Assembly (NCBI GenBank): GCA_016937255.1
Contig: JAFGWG010000128.1
Span: 3,115-67,114, forward strand
Direction of reading: 5' to 3'
Length of the DNA stretch: 64,000 nucleotides
From: Bacteroidales bacterium
GTDB taxonomy: Bacteria; Bacteroidota; Bacteroidia; Bacteroidales; DTU049
Shown piece by piece: positions 28,180-38,070 of the stretch; position 1 is the stretch's first letter, and each line of letters starts with the position of its first letter. Below the pieces are notes generated by a model that had not been told where the DNA came from, ran no database searches, and saw only the letters and a list, made by a program, of their open reading frames with translations. The position numbers were made by a program, and so were the translations under genes.

Positions 28180-28812
28180 TCAATGATTACTTAAATAATC
28201 GCTGATTCCATCTGTGCTGGCTTTAATCCCATCATCTCCTTTATGCCAGTCGGCAGGGCAAACTTCTCCGTTTTCTTCATAAAACTGAAGGGCGTCAACC
28301 ATACGCAGGGTCTCTTCAACACTGCGCCCAAGAGGCATGTCGTTTACCACTTGGTGGCGTACAATACCTTGTTTGTCAATCAGAAATAATCCACGAAATG
28401 CAACTGGCTCGCCATCAAAATCAAGTTCGTTTTCTTCATTGATTTCAAAATCACCGGCCAAAACATCGAAATTTTTAGAAATGGTTTTTGCCAAATCTGA
28501 AACAATAGGGTATTTTACTCCTTTAATGCCACCTTTATTTCTTTCTGTTTGTAGCCAAGCCCAATGGGAAAACTGAGAGTCTGTGCTGCAGCCAACTACT
28601 GCTACATTCCTTTTTTCAAACTCTTCCAGCTTGTCTTGAAATGAAATTAATTCTGTCGGACAAACAAAAGTGAAATCCATTGGATAGAAAAAGAACACAA
28701 CGTGCTTTTTTCCAATAAATTGATCCAGAGAAAAATTTTCAATAATTTCGCTGCCGTTGATTACTGCGGCTTCTTTGAAATGTGGTGCGGGTTTTCCTAC
28801 TAATACTGCCAT
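28180..28812 (-). CDS. ahpC: 2-Cys peroxiredoxin (AhpC/Tsa)
   Basis: FFYPMDFTFVCPTE and GEVCPADW; own -7 element at 28829..28836 on the minus strand. Confidence 0.95.
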   Translation of the reverse strand: MAVLVGKPAPHFKEAAVINGSEIIENFSLDQFIGKKHVVFFFYPMDFTFVCPTELISFQDKLEEFEKRNVAVVGCSTDSQFSHWAWLQTERNKGGIKGVKYPIVSDLAKTISKNFDVLAGDFEINEENELDFDGEPVAFRGLFLIDKQGIVRHQVVNDMPLGRSVEETLRMVDALQFYEENGEVCPADWHKGDDGIKASTDGISDYLSNH

Positions 28813-28900
28813 GTACTATGTTTTTTTACAAATATACAAAGTTTTCTGTTTTAGTGAGGTGGATAATTCTTAAAATGCAGTGAATTAATTCCTTGAAGAC

Positions 28901-29773
28901 CTAAATGTGCTTAAAATTGTCTTGGTAAGGAGTAATGCTCATTACCGGCACAACAGAATTTTTAATAATTTGAGATGCCGTGCTGCCAATAAATGTATGT
29001 TTCCAGTTTTTTTCCTGCTGCGTCATAATCATAATCATGTCGCAACGACTTTCCTTGCTATACTTTAATATTCGTTCTGCGGTTAAACTGCTGCGATCAA
29101 AATTGTAAACCATGTCAGTTGTACATGCCACATTATTCTCAATCATGAACTCTTTTGTCTTCAGCAGTTTTGTTTTTATATCTTTTTCCTGATTGAAATT
29201 ATCCTGATTTATTATGCTGATGATTTTGATTGTTGAACCATAATAGCGACTAAACATAGTAGCAATATTGATTTTTTGCCTGATCTGTTTGCTTAAATCA
29301 AGTGGAAGTAAGATTTTTGAAAATGATTCCCTAACATCCTGATTTATAGTAATTACTGGGCATGTAGACATTCGGATAATCTGGGCTGTATTCTTCCCAA
29401 TGGCATTTTCGTAGCCGTGAGATTTTCCAGATTTTCCCATTACAATGAGGCGAATTCTGTTCTCTTCTACAAACTGTGTGATTGAAGCATGAACTTCGCC
29501 TTCTAAAATAGTGTGTTGCACCGGAATATTAAATTTGTTTGAATATAAGCCGGCTAATCTTCTTAATTTTGTTTCAGCATCATTGTCGTCGTTTACATAA
29601 GACGCATTTGACTTTTGCTTTTCATACGAAAGACTAACCTTTGAATTATTGACGTGAATTAGTGTTAGCCCAGTATTCATAAGCTCTGCCAGAGAATAGG
29701 CCTGATGCACTAACATTTCGGTTCTGTCGCCAAAATCTACTGGGATAATAATATTATCATAATATTTTTCCAT
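28901..29773 (-). CDS. Universal stress protein (tandem Usp domains)
   Basis: IIIPVDF, LIVMG, CPVITI, ILLPLD, IGSTA...VPVMSI. Confidence 0.88.
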   Translation of the reverse strand: MEKYYDNIIIPVDFGDRTEMLVHQAYSLAELMNTGLTLIHVNNSKVSLSYEKQKSNASYVNDDNDAETKLRRLAGLYSNKFNIPVQHTILEGEVHASITQFVEENRIRLIVMGKSGKSHGYENAIGKNTAQIIRMSTCPVITINQDVRESFSKILLPLDLSKQIRQKINIATMFSRYYGSTIKIISIINQDNFNQEKDIKTKLLKTKEFMIENNVACTTDMVYNFDRSSLTAERILKYSKESRCDMIMIMTQQEKNWKHTFIGSTASQIIKNSVVPVMSITPYQDNFKHI

Positions 29774-29881
29774 TCTGAGGAATATTCGTAAATTCGCCAC
29801 TAATATAAGCAAATTGTGCAGAATTGCCAGGCTTAATCTAATGTATGTTCTGTATTTAATTTGCCTCCTAATTTTTTAAGT

Positions 29882-30748
29882 ATGAAAAGAATTCCTGAAT
29901 CTGAATTGGTATTAAATAGTAAAGGGAGAATTTACCATCTAGATCTGGCTCCTGAAGATTTAGCTCCTAATGTTTTATTGGTCGGAGACCCCGGTCGAGC
30001 TGATCTCGTTGCTTCTTTTTTTGATAATATAACATATTCTGGTCAAAATAGAGAAATTTGTACTCGTACCGGAACTTTTCAGAAAAAAGATATATCTGTT
30101 ATTTCTACAGGTATGGGAACCGATAATATTGATATTGTAATCAATGAACTCGATGCTCTGGTAAATATTGACTTAAAAAAGCGTGTTCATAAAAAAGAAA
30201 AGCAATCGCTAAACTTAGTACGTATTGGTACTTCGGGTGGCTTGCAGCCTTTTATGGATGTAAATACTTTTCTCTTTTCCTCACATGGTATTGGTCTTGA
30301 TGGTCTTCTACATTATTATGAAGGAAGTGACGGTTTTCGCGATACAACAATAGAACAAATGCTTGTGAGCAATATCTCATGGCCGGAAAGATGGCCAAAA
30401 CCATATGTAGTGGAGGCTGATTCAGACCTTATGCATCGTATTTCAGATAAGTATATGCAGGGAATGACCCTTACAGCCTCAGGGTTTTATGGTCCCCAAG
30501 GTCGTGTTTTGCGTTTGCCTTTGCATTATCCTGATTTTAATCAAAGAGTTGAATCATTTGCTTTTCGTGGAAACAGAATCTGTAATTTTGAGATGGAAAC
30601 ATCTGCTTTATATGGCCTTAGTAAAATGTTGGGACATAAAGCCTTAACGGCTTGTGTTATTATTGCCAACCGCAGCACGAAGAATTTTAGTAAAAATTAT
30701 CAGCCTGCGATGAAAAAACTGATTAAGCATGTGCTGACAAAAATCTAA
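29882..30748 (+). CDS. Nucleoside (uridine/purine) phosphorylase family protein
   Basis: YHLDL, VGDPGR, STGMGTDN, RIGTSG, GFYGPQGR, NFEMET. Confidence 0.92.
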   Translation: MKRIPESELVLNSKGRIYHLDLAPEDLAPNVLLVGDPGRADLVASFFDNITYSGQNREICTRTGTFQKKDISVISTGMGTDNIDIVINELDALVNIDLKKRVHKKEKQSLNLVRIGTSGGLQPFMDVNTFLFSSHGIGLDGLLHYYEGSDGFRDTTIEQMLVSNISWPERWPKPYVVEADSDLMHRISDKYMQGMTLTASGFYGPQGRVLRLPLHYPDFNQRVESFAFRGNRICNFEMETSALYGLSKMLGHKALTACVIIANRSTKNFSKNYQPAMKKLIKHVLTKI

Positions 30749-30757
30749 TATGGCGAT

Positions 30758-31639
30758 ATGAGTTTTGACGCGGAGAGGCTTGCTGCATTGCTAAATTTGT
30801 TGGATGAACCAGACGATGCAGTTTGGCAGGATATAAGAGAAAAAATAATTGAGCTGGGTGAAGATGTATTGCCTGAACTAAAAAAAACCTTTGAAAATAC
30901 TTTTTCTCCTGTATTAAAAAACCGGCTGAATGGATTAATTCATGCCTTAAATTTTGAAAAAGGCTCTCGTGAGATTAAAACATGGTGTTTGTTTGGGCAG
31001 AAATCTTTACTTACTGGGTCTCTTATTATTGAAAGAGCCTTTAATCCGCATATCGATGAAGAGTATTATCTCAAGCAACTTGAAAGTATTCGCTTCGATA
31101 TCTGGCTAGAATTGAATCAAAGTCTTAGCCCACTAGAAAAAATTAGAGTATTTAACCAAATACTTTTTCATGTTTATGGCTTCAATCGGTATCTTGGAAA
31201 TAAACCAGATTCTTTGCCACCATTATTGAGTAATACTCTAGAACATCGAACAGGTAATGAGTTTGCATCTTCGCTTTTGTATTTGTTGTTGGCACTCGAA
31301 ACAGGACTTCCGGTAAAAGGATTTTTAGTGGGCAAAAAGCTGTTTCTAGCGTACACCAATACCGGAGAAGATGATTCTTTACAGTTTTTAGGAGACAATG
31401 AACCACTATTTTTTATAGATCCTTCCAGTTTGGGTCTGGTCTTGAGCCGCCAGGATATAACCGATGCATTTAGCTCATTTCGTGATTTCAACAAAGAATT
31501 GAAAAAACATTTAATTTCAAGTAAAAAAATTATTCAACTCCAGCTTTTGCTTTTATATTCTTTCTATTCTGAAGAAGGCGATGAGGATAGAAGTGTTTTG
31601 GCGAAAGAGTTAATGGAGGTTCTGAAAAGTAATTCATAA
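30758..31639 (+). CDS. Transglutaminase-like (SirB1/Transglut_core2) family protein, divergent
   Basis: ALLNLLDEPD N-terminus, WLELN...SPLEKIRVFN and FFIDP motifs. Confidence 0.65.
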   Translation: MSFDAERLAALLNLLDEPDDAVWQDIREKIIELGEDVLPELKKTFENTFSPVLKNRLNGLIHALNFEKGSREIKTWCLFGQKSLLTGSLIIERAFNPHIDEEYYLKQLESIRFDIWLELNQSLSPLEKIRVFNQILFHVYGFNRYLGNKPDSLPPLLSNTLEHRTGNEFASSLLYLLLALETGLPVKGFLVGKKLFLAYTNTGEDDSLQFLGDNEPLFFIDPSSLGLVLSRQDITDAFSSFRDFNKELKKHLISSKKIIQLQLLLLYSFYSEEGDEDRSVLAKELMEVLKSNS

Positions 31640-31641
31640 AA

Positions 31642-33297
31642 TTAGCTATTCTGTGGATTTGGAGTAAATGAACGCAGGTATGAATTTAAGTCTGCTGCAT
31701 TTTCTATATTAAGTTTTTTGGCCAATCTGTTTTTCTTCACTTTGATGCTTGCTTCAGAAATGCCAAAAATATGGGCAATTTCTTTATTGTTCAAATTGGT
31801 GAGAATATAAGCACATAATTTCTCCTCTCCCGATGTAAGTTTATTGTGTTTTGCTTTTAGAGCCATGAAAAATCCGGGATAAACCTGCTCAAAATGATAG
31901 AAAAAGCTGCTCCAGATTGTCTCGTCTGTCGAATTCATTTTTATGATGCTGTGAATTTTTTTGGCATTTTTATGACTTTTAATTTCAGTCATATCATCAC
32001 TTAGTTGATCCATGTTTTTATTAATCTCCTGCAGGGTTTCGTTTTTGGTTACAAGATGTAAAGTAAGAGAAGTCAACTGGCGCTCTTTGTGAAGAATCTC
32101 GCTTTCCAACTTGTCTTTTTCCAATTGGGATATTCTTTCTTTGTTTTTCATTTCATCTTTTACTCTAAGTGATTCTGTTTCAGAAAGTTCTTGTTTTTTC
32201 TTTAATAGTGCATTGCGGTTGCGAATGGTAACAAAAAAGAGTAGAAACATTAGAATGCTTAACCCGATTAAAAAGATTAACACCAACTGATAACGCTTTT
32301 GCAATTTTATTTGCTCATTCATCAATTGCTTTTCTTTATCCCATTGTTTTTGTTGAACACTGAAAAGAAAATCGGCAAACTCACCTGTTACGTTTTGTTC
32401 ATCCAGCTTGCTTTTTAGGTCTTTATATTTTACTAAATAGTAATAGGCTTTTTCAGTATTGCCCTGTTTTTCGTAATAATCTGCATAAAGTTCATAAATG
32501 CTTGCCAAGTATGTTCCTGATTGGATTTTCTCTGCATGAATAAGTGCGGTATCTAGTTCGCTCTTGCATTTATGCATTTCGCCGATTGATAAATAGCAGC
32601 GTCCTATATTTGAATGCATGAGTGCTAGTTGTATGTCGGGTATTTCATCGCTGCATTTTATCGCAGAGCTATAATAGTAAATAGCACTGTCTGTGATTCC
32701 AGTGTTTTCATATATCACTCCAATATTGTTTAATGCACTTGAAAACCCGAGTCCGTAGTCGTGCTCTTTGGCAAGCTCAATGGCTTTGCGGTGAATACTA
32801 ATCGCTTTGTCGTATTGCTTTAATCTCTCATACAAACCTCCAACATTATTATATATGTCAATTATGTTTCTCCAGTTTTCAGTTTTTTGCTGTATATATA
32901 GCGATTGATTAAAAAAGTAAAGGGCTTCTGGGTATTTTTGAATGCTATATGATACTACACCTAGATTATTATATACTTTTGACATGCCTATACTGTCATT
33001 GATTTCCTGATAGAAAGATAGGGCAGTGGTGAAACTTCTGAGTGCAAAATCGGTGAGCCCTCTGTTGAAATATACGAAGCCTTGTAAATTAAGACTCTCA
33101 GCAAGACCTTTGGTGTATTGCAACTTATCTGAAAGGGCATAGCTCTCATCGAGGAAAATTAATGCCAAGTCTGGGTCAATTAGTGTTTTTTCTTTGGCTC
33201 TACTTATGAGATCGTTAATATAGGCAGTGTCTTTTTCTTGTGAATATAACGAGCTCGTTATTAGAAAGATAATGATATATGTGATTGTCTTTTTCAT
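31642..33297 (-). CDS. Membrane-anchored TPR protein with C-terminal LuxR-like HTH
   Basis: Signal peptide, repeated NNLG/NNIG TPR units, TM helix, coiled coil, FEQVYPGF...NKEIAHIFGIS...RLAKKL. Confidence 0.85.
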   Translation of the reverse strand: MKKTITYIIIFLITSSLYSQEKDTAYINDLISRAKEKTLIDPDLALIFLDESYALSDKLQYTKGLAESLNLQGFVYFNRGLTDFALRSFTTALSFYQEINDSIGMSKVYNNLGVVSYSIQKYPEALYFFNQSLYIQQKTENWRNIIDIYNNVGGLYERLKQYDKAISIHRKAIELAKEHDYGLGFSSALNNIGVIYENTGITDSAIYYYSSAIKCSDEIPDIQLALMHSNIGRCYLSIGEMHKCKSELDTALIHAEKIQSGTYLASIYELYADYYEKQGNTEKAYYYLVKYKDLKSKLDEQNVTGEFADFLFSVQQKQWDKEKQLMNEQIKLQKRYQLVLIFLIGLSILMFLLFFVTIRNRNALLKKKQELSETESLRVKDEMKNKERISQLEKDKLESEILHKERQLTSLTLHLVTKNETLQEINKNMDQLSDDMTEIKSHKNAKKIHSIIKMNSTDETIWSSFFYHFEQVYPGFFMALKAKHNKLTSGEEKLCAYILTNLNNKEIAHIFGISEASIKVKKNRLAKKLNIENAADLNSYLRSFTPNPQNS

Positions 33298-33302
33298 CTC
33301 TT

Positions 33303-34376
33303 TTACTGATTGTGAACATCAAGGCTGTCTCTCAATTCATTTCCTAAAATCATAAATGCCATCACCACCGAAATAATAGCCAGCCCTGGAATAATTGCAA
33401 GGTAAGCAGTATCAAGAACCAAATGGCTATAATATTCTTTAATCATCATTCCCCATGAGGCCATAGGTGCTTGTACCCCAATTCCGAGAAAACTAAGTCC
33501 GGCTTCAATCAAAATAGCAGATGCAAAACTTGAGGCCGCTACCACAATGAGTGGTCCACGCAAGCCAGGTAAAATATGGCGAAATATTATTTTGAAATTG
33601 CTTAACCCCATTGCTCTGGCGGCTTCAACATATTCTCTTTCTTTAATGGAAATAACCTGCCCTCTAACAATTCGGGCAATATCTACCCAAAATGTAACGC
33701 CAATGGCAACAAAAACCTGCCAAAATCCTTTGCCTAAAGCGAAAGTGATGGCCATAGCCAGTAAAATTGTTGGAAGTGACCAAAATACACTGATGAACCA
33801 AAGTAAGAGACGATCAATACGGCCTCCGCTAAATCCCGCAATGGATCCTATAGTTAGCCCAATTAATAATGCAATTAATACAGAAACAAACCCTACAGAT
33901 AGGCTGATGCGTGTGCCCAAAACCAACCGGCTTAATACGTCTCTCCCAAATTTATCGGTGCCCAGTATGAATTTCTTTTGCTGTATTATGTCTTTGGTAT
34001 CGGTATAATTTTGATTAATGTCTTTCAAAGCGTACGTCTCTTTTTTGCCGTTATTGGGTTGCAGGCCTGTATATTGCTCAATAATTATTGAGTCGTTTGT
34101 AATGGTATAATCATATAGGGCAATACTTCTTCTTCTATTCTCTTTCCCTAAAAAAACGGAGTAGAATTTGCTTTGTTCTGAGGGATTGTTAAATACGAGA
34201 AAATTGCAGCTAAAACCTGGTTTCTGAAACGAAATTTCTATATGCTGATCGTTAGCATGTTTACTTTTATCAGGAATGATTAAATAGGCAAAAATGGCCA
34301 GAAAAATCAATATAATAATATAGCCCGAAGCAATAAATCCAGGTACACTATGAATTATTTTTTTCTTTCTGGTCAT
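33303..34376 (-). CDS. Peptide/nickel ABC transporter permease (DppC/OppC family)
   Basis: LGTDKFGRD, EYVEAARAMG EAA loop, EAGLSFLGIG. Confidence 0.92.
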   Translation of the reverse strand: MTRKKKIIHSVPGFIASGYIIILIFLAIFAYLIIPDKSKHANDQHIEISFQKPGFSCNFLVFNNPSEQSKFYSVFLGKENRRRSIALYDYTITNDSIIIEQYTGLQPNNGKKETYALKDINQNYTDTKDIIQQKKFILGTDKFGRDVLSRLVLGTRISLSVGFVSVLIALLIGLTIGSIAGFSGGRIDRLLLWFISVFWSLPTILLAMAITFALGKGFWQVFVAIGVTFWVDIARIVRGQVISIKEREYVEAARAMGLSNFKIIFRHILPGLRGPLIVVAASSFASAILIEAGLSFLGIGVQAPMASWGMMIKEYYSHLVLDTAYLAIIPGLAIISVVMAFMILGNELRDSLDVHNQ

Positions 34377-34591
34377 GCAATGTTAACCTTTTTCAATTGG
34401 CTAAATTAAATAAAATTCAGTATTATTGACTATTTGTGATAACTAAAGGTTGCAATAATGTATACCTTTTTTTCATTATTAATATTATACGTGGCACGAT
34501 AATTATATGTAATTTTACTGCATTGAAAATTTTGCTTTAAGCGGATATATTCATGCATGAAATCAAAGAAGTTTAATTTAATTCCAAACTC

Positions 34592-35434
34592 ATGAAATCC
34601 CGTTTTCTCCTCATCGCTCTAATGCTTTTTGCCGCAAGCAAACTAATGGCTCAGGAAATTCAATTGGCAAGTGAAGCCGAATTTAATCGTTTCAAATCTT
34701 CAACAACTTATCTGGTGAAATACGACGATCCTTTCTCTATGTTTAATGCATATATGGAAGAAGATATGAAAGCCGTTTGGACCATTACACCGTATAAGAT
34801 TATTACATCTGCAGAATTTGATGATAAAATGAAGGATAAAAATGCTTCTTTTATTTTTCTGTCTGAAGCTATGAAAGACGATGCTGGCGTATTTTTTAAG
34901 CTTAATATTTTGAATATCGTGCTTGGATCAAAATCTGGAAGTATTAATCTTTTGCCTGATTTGGGCTCTGCTCCACTGAGTTATGTTTTTGAAGATGAGG
35001 ACGATGAAGATGTTTACTTGTATAAGCTTGCAGGGGTGCTTCGTTTCTTTCAGTATTATATTCAATACAATATTGACCACCCAAAAAGTGATATAAAAGA
35101 TGTAATAAAAGCCAATAAATCCAAAATTGAAGGCAAAGAACTTTGGTTGGTCAAATCAGACCTCGATTCAGAAGTTGATTCAGAATCTGAGATTTCTAAA
35201 TATTATAGCGGTAAGGTAAAACTGGTATCACAGGAAGAAATACGAGCTGCCATTCATGCTGGAAACACAAATGTGGTTTTTCTGCATAAAATCGGTCCTT
35301 CAGGTAAAACAGGTTATCAGTGTTTGAAGTTCTTGATTAATGCCGGAGATGGAACTCCATTATATTTTGATATGCATAAGGTAGGCAGTAAATCTCCCGA
35401 CGCATTCCTTTCAAACGATTTTAAATCTCTTTAA
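34592..35434 (+). CDS. Hypothetical exported protein
   Basis: Signal peptide ending LMAQ; 280-aa ORF; 3 nt before ettA. Confidence 0.75.
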   Translation: MKSRFLLIALMLFAASKLMAQEIQLASEAEFNRFKSSTTYLVKYDDPFSMFNAYMEEDMKAVWTITPYKIITSAEFDDKMKDKNASFIFLSEAMKDDAGVFFKLNILNIVLGSKSGSINLLPDLGSAPLSYVFEDEDDEDVYLYKLAGVLRFFQYYIQYNIDHPKSDIKDVIKANKSKIEGKELWLVKSDLDSEVDSESEISKYYSGKVKLVSQEEIRAAIHAGNTNVVFLHKIGPSGKTGYQCLKFLINAGDGTPLYFDMHKVGSKSPDAFLSNDFKSL

Positions 35435-35437
35435 TAT

Positions 35438-37111
35438 ATGAGCGACGATAAGAAAATCATTTTCTCCATGGTTGGAGTGAGCAAAAAATATGCTCAGGGA
35501 AAACAAGTTCTTAAAAACATTTATTTATCATTCTACTACGGTGCAAAAATTGGCGTACTGGGTTTGAATGGTAGTGGAAAATCAACTTTGCTGAGCATTA
35601 TTGCCGGAAAAGAAAAAAGCTTCGATGGTGAAGTGGTTTTTGCCCCGGGTTATTCTGTGGGAATTTTAGAACAAGAACCAGAGCTCAATGATGCAAAAAC
35701 GGTAATTGAAATTGTTGAGGAAGGCGTAGCTGAAACAGTGGCTATGCTTAAAGAATACGAAGAAATCAATAATAAATTTGCTGAGCCCATGTCAGACGAT
35801 GAGATGAATAAACTCATTGAAAGACAGGGAGAACTTACCGAATTGCTCGATCAGCACGATGCATGGGAGTTGGATTCCAAACTCGATCGTGCTATGGCGG
35901 CATTAAATTGTCCCCCAAAAGAGGCAAAAATTAGTACTTTAAGTGGTGGCGAACGCCGCAGGGTCGCATTACTGAGATTACTTTTGCAAAAACCTGATAT
36001 TCTTTTACTTGATGAGCCTACCAACCACCTTGACGCCGAATCGGTAATGTGGCTGGAGCATCATCTGCAACAATATCAAGGAACGGTAATCGCAGTAACA
36101 CATGATCGCTATTTTCTTGACAATGTTGCCGGCTGGATTCTTGAACTCGACCGTGGTGAAGGCATTCCATGGGAAGGAAATTACTCTTCATGGCTCGAGC
36201 AGAAATCAAACAGGCTGAAGCAGGAAGAAAAATCGGAATCAAAGCGACGCAAAACTCTAGAGCGGGAATTAGAATGGATTCGAATGGCACCGAAGGCACG
36301 ACATGCCAAAGGTAAAGCCCGTTTGAATGCCTATGAGAAATTGCTTAGCCAGGATTCAAAAGAAAAGGAACAACGATTGGAATTGTATATTCCCGATGGA
36401 CCAAGACTGGGTGGTAAAGTTATCGATGCTGAGAATTTAAGTAAGTCTTTTGGCGATAAAAAACTTTTCGAAAATCTTTCCTTTAGCATCCCTCCCAACG
36501 CAATTGTAGGAATTATCGGACCCAATGGGGCAGGGAAAACTACCCTTTTTCGCATCATTATGGGGCAGGAAAAACCCGACAGCGGTTCCTTTGTAGTGGG
36601 CGATACGGTTCAAATTGGCTATGCGGATCAATCTCACGCATCCATAGATGATGATAAATCTGTATATCAAGTGGTGAGCGATGGCGAAGAAAATATTCGC
36701 CTTGGTGGCAGAGAAATGAATGCCCGGGCTTATATCAGCCGCTTTAATTTTAGCGGTGGCGATCAGGAAAAGAAATGCGGTGTGCTTTCCGGTGGTGAGC
36801 GAAATCGTTTACATCTTGCTCTGACATTGAAAGAAGAAGCCAATGTGCTCCTACTCGATGAGCCTACCAATGATATAGATGTCAATACACTCCGTGCCTT
36901 GGAAGAGGGTATTGAAAATTATGCCGGGTGTGCTGTAATTATTAGCCACGACCGCTGGTTCCTCGATCGTACTTGTACTCATATTATGGCTTTTGAAGAC
37001 GATGGTGTGGTCTTTTTCGAAGGCGCATATTCCGATTATGAAGAAAATCGTCGAAAACGCCTCGGCTCCGATGCCGAATCTAATTTCAGATATCGGAAGT
37101 TGGAGGGTTAG
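35438..37111 (+). CDS. ettA: Energy-dependent translational throttle protein EttA (ABC-F)
   Basis: Two ABC domains, LSFYYGAKIGVLGLNGSGKST, GIPWEGNYSSWLEQK, ELEWIR. Confidence 0.96.
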   Translation: MSDDKKIIFSMVGVSKKYAQGKQVLKNIYLSFYYGAKIGVLGLNGSGKSTLLSIIAGKEKSFDGEVVFAPGYSVGILEQEPELNDAKTVIEIVEEGVAETVAMLKEYEEINNKFAEPMSDDEMNKLIERQGELTELLDQHDAWELDSKLDRAMAALNCPPKEAKISTLSGGERRRVALLRLLLQKPDILLLDEPTNHLDAESVMWLEHHLQQYQGTVIAVTHDRYFLDNVAGWILELDRGEGIPWEGNYSSWLEQKSNRLKQEEKSESKRRKTLERELEWIRMAPKARHAKGKARLNAYEKLLSQDSKEKEQRLELYIPDGPRLGGKVIDAENLSKSFGDKKLFENLSFSIPPNAIVGIIGPNGAGKTTLFRIIMGQEKPDSGSFVVGDTVQIGYADQSHASIDDDKSVYQVVSDGEENIRLGGREMNARAYISRFNFSGGDQEKKCGVLSGGERNRLHLALTLKEEANVLLLDEPTNDIDVNTLRALEEGIENYAGCAVIISHDRWFLDRTCTHIMAFEDDGVVFFEGAYSDYEENRRKRLGSDAESNFRYRKLEG

Positions 37112-37206
37112 CAAATAAAATAAAAATCATGCCGAGTAGACATCTCTTCGTCTAAGACGTCTGTTCTGAGTGAAGAAGGAGGATGGTGAAGAGTTAGTCT
37201 GCAATA

Positions 37207-37923
37207 CTACTCAGGCACCCTGTCAGGACCATTATTTTCAATGCGGTTGTTTTCAAACTCAAATACAGGATGGTCGTCAATCGCTTCCTGCCATACTCCA
37301 CCATCAATATCGGTATAGGCTCCAAGTGAATTATTATGAATGTAGCAGTTTCTAACCAAAATATTTGAATTACCAAGATTATCATGTAAGCCTGCAAGGC
37401 CACAACCATTAAGATCACAATTGTCGATAATGCAATTATGTGCATTATCAAACATAATTACTCTTCCACTGCAATTCTGATTTACACCATCACCGGGTTT
37501 TGTATGTTGCATGTGAAGGTTTTTAATCAAAATATTGGTTCCGTCAATATCCATTACGCTTGAATAAAGCTTATTGCTGTACAGATGAACATCGCCGACT
37601 CCTTCTATAACAATATTATCTCCGTTTATCCATATGCCTCCGTCAGCGTAATAACTGCCTTCCTCCACAAGAATGTATAAATCAGACTTTCCTGAATGAT
37701 CACTAAAGAAATCGTATAAAGATTTATACTCTCTTTCGGGCCCAATAATAATAGTTTCTTCTGGCTCGAAATCTTTTAACCAGATTGCGGTTGGATTAGT
37801 TTCTATTGCATAATCTGACTTTTGAAAAATCATTTTATCAATGTCTATTTTTCCTGAATCTTTAGTGGTTTTACAGGAAAAAACAAACACTGAAAAGGCA
37901 AAAAGGATAAGGATGTTTTTCAT
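37207..37923 (-). CDS. Lipoprotein with right-handed parallel beta-helix repeats
   Basis: Lipobox VFSC; NIVIEG, NILIKN, NCIIDNC and NILVRNCYIHNN repeats; -7 element at 37955..37962 on the minus strand. Confidence 0.8.
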   Translation of the reverse strand: MKNILILFAFSVFVFSCKTTKDSGKIDIDKMIFQKSDYAIETNPTAIWLKDFEPEETIIIGPEREYKSLYDFFSDHSGKSDLYILVEEGSYYADGGIWINGDNIVIEGVGDVHLYSNKLYSSVMDIDGTNILIKNLHMQHTKPGDGVNQNCSGRVIMFDNAHNCIIDNCDLNGCGLAGLHDNLGNSNILVRNCYIHNNSLGAYTDIDGGVWQEAIDDHPVFEFENNRIENNGPDRVPE

Positions 37924-38070
37924 GGCATGAGTGTAAGTTAGAAATCAGAGCATTCAAAGATACAAATATCATATGATTGCTTTTCTCATACTTACTTGAA
38001 AACTTTTCGTATTTCTACTTGATTTCTTTTATTCTTTATTCGTATCTTGCAACAGATAAATACAATTATT

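Noticed and set aside
26349-28812. Absence of ftsX and ribF around DUF3098-uppP-truB, and of murI after skp
   Set aside because: Ordinary synteny shuffling; no pseudogene remnants or mobile-element scars seen.
37170-37451. Short ORFs near the REP-like hairpin as a toxin or leader peptide
   Set aside because: They overlap the beta-helix lipoprotein gene and lack promoter or motif support.
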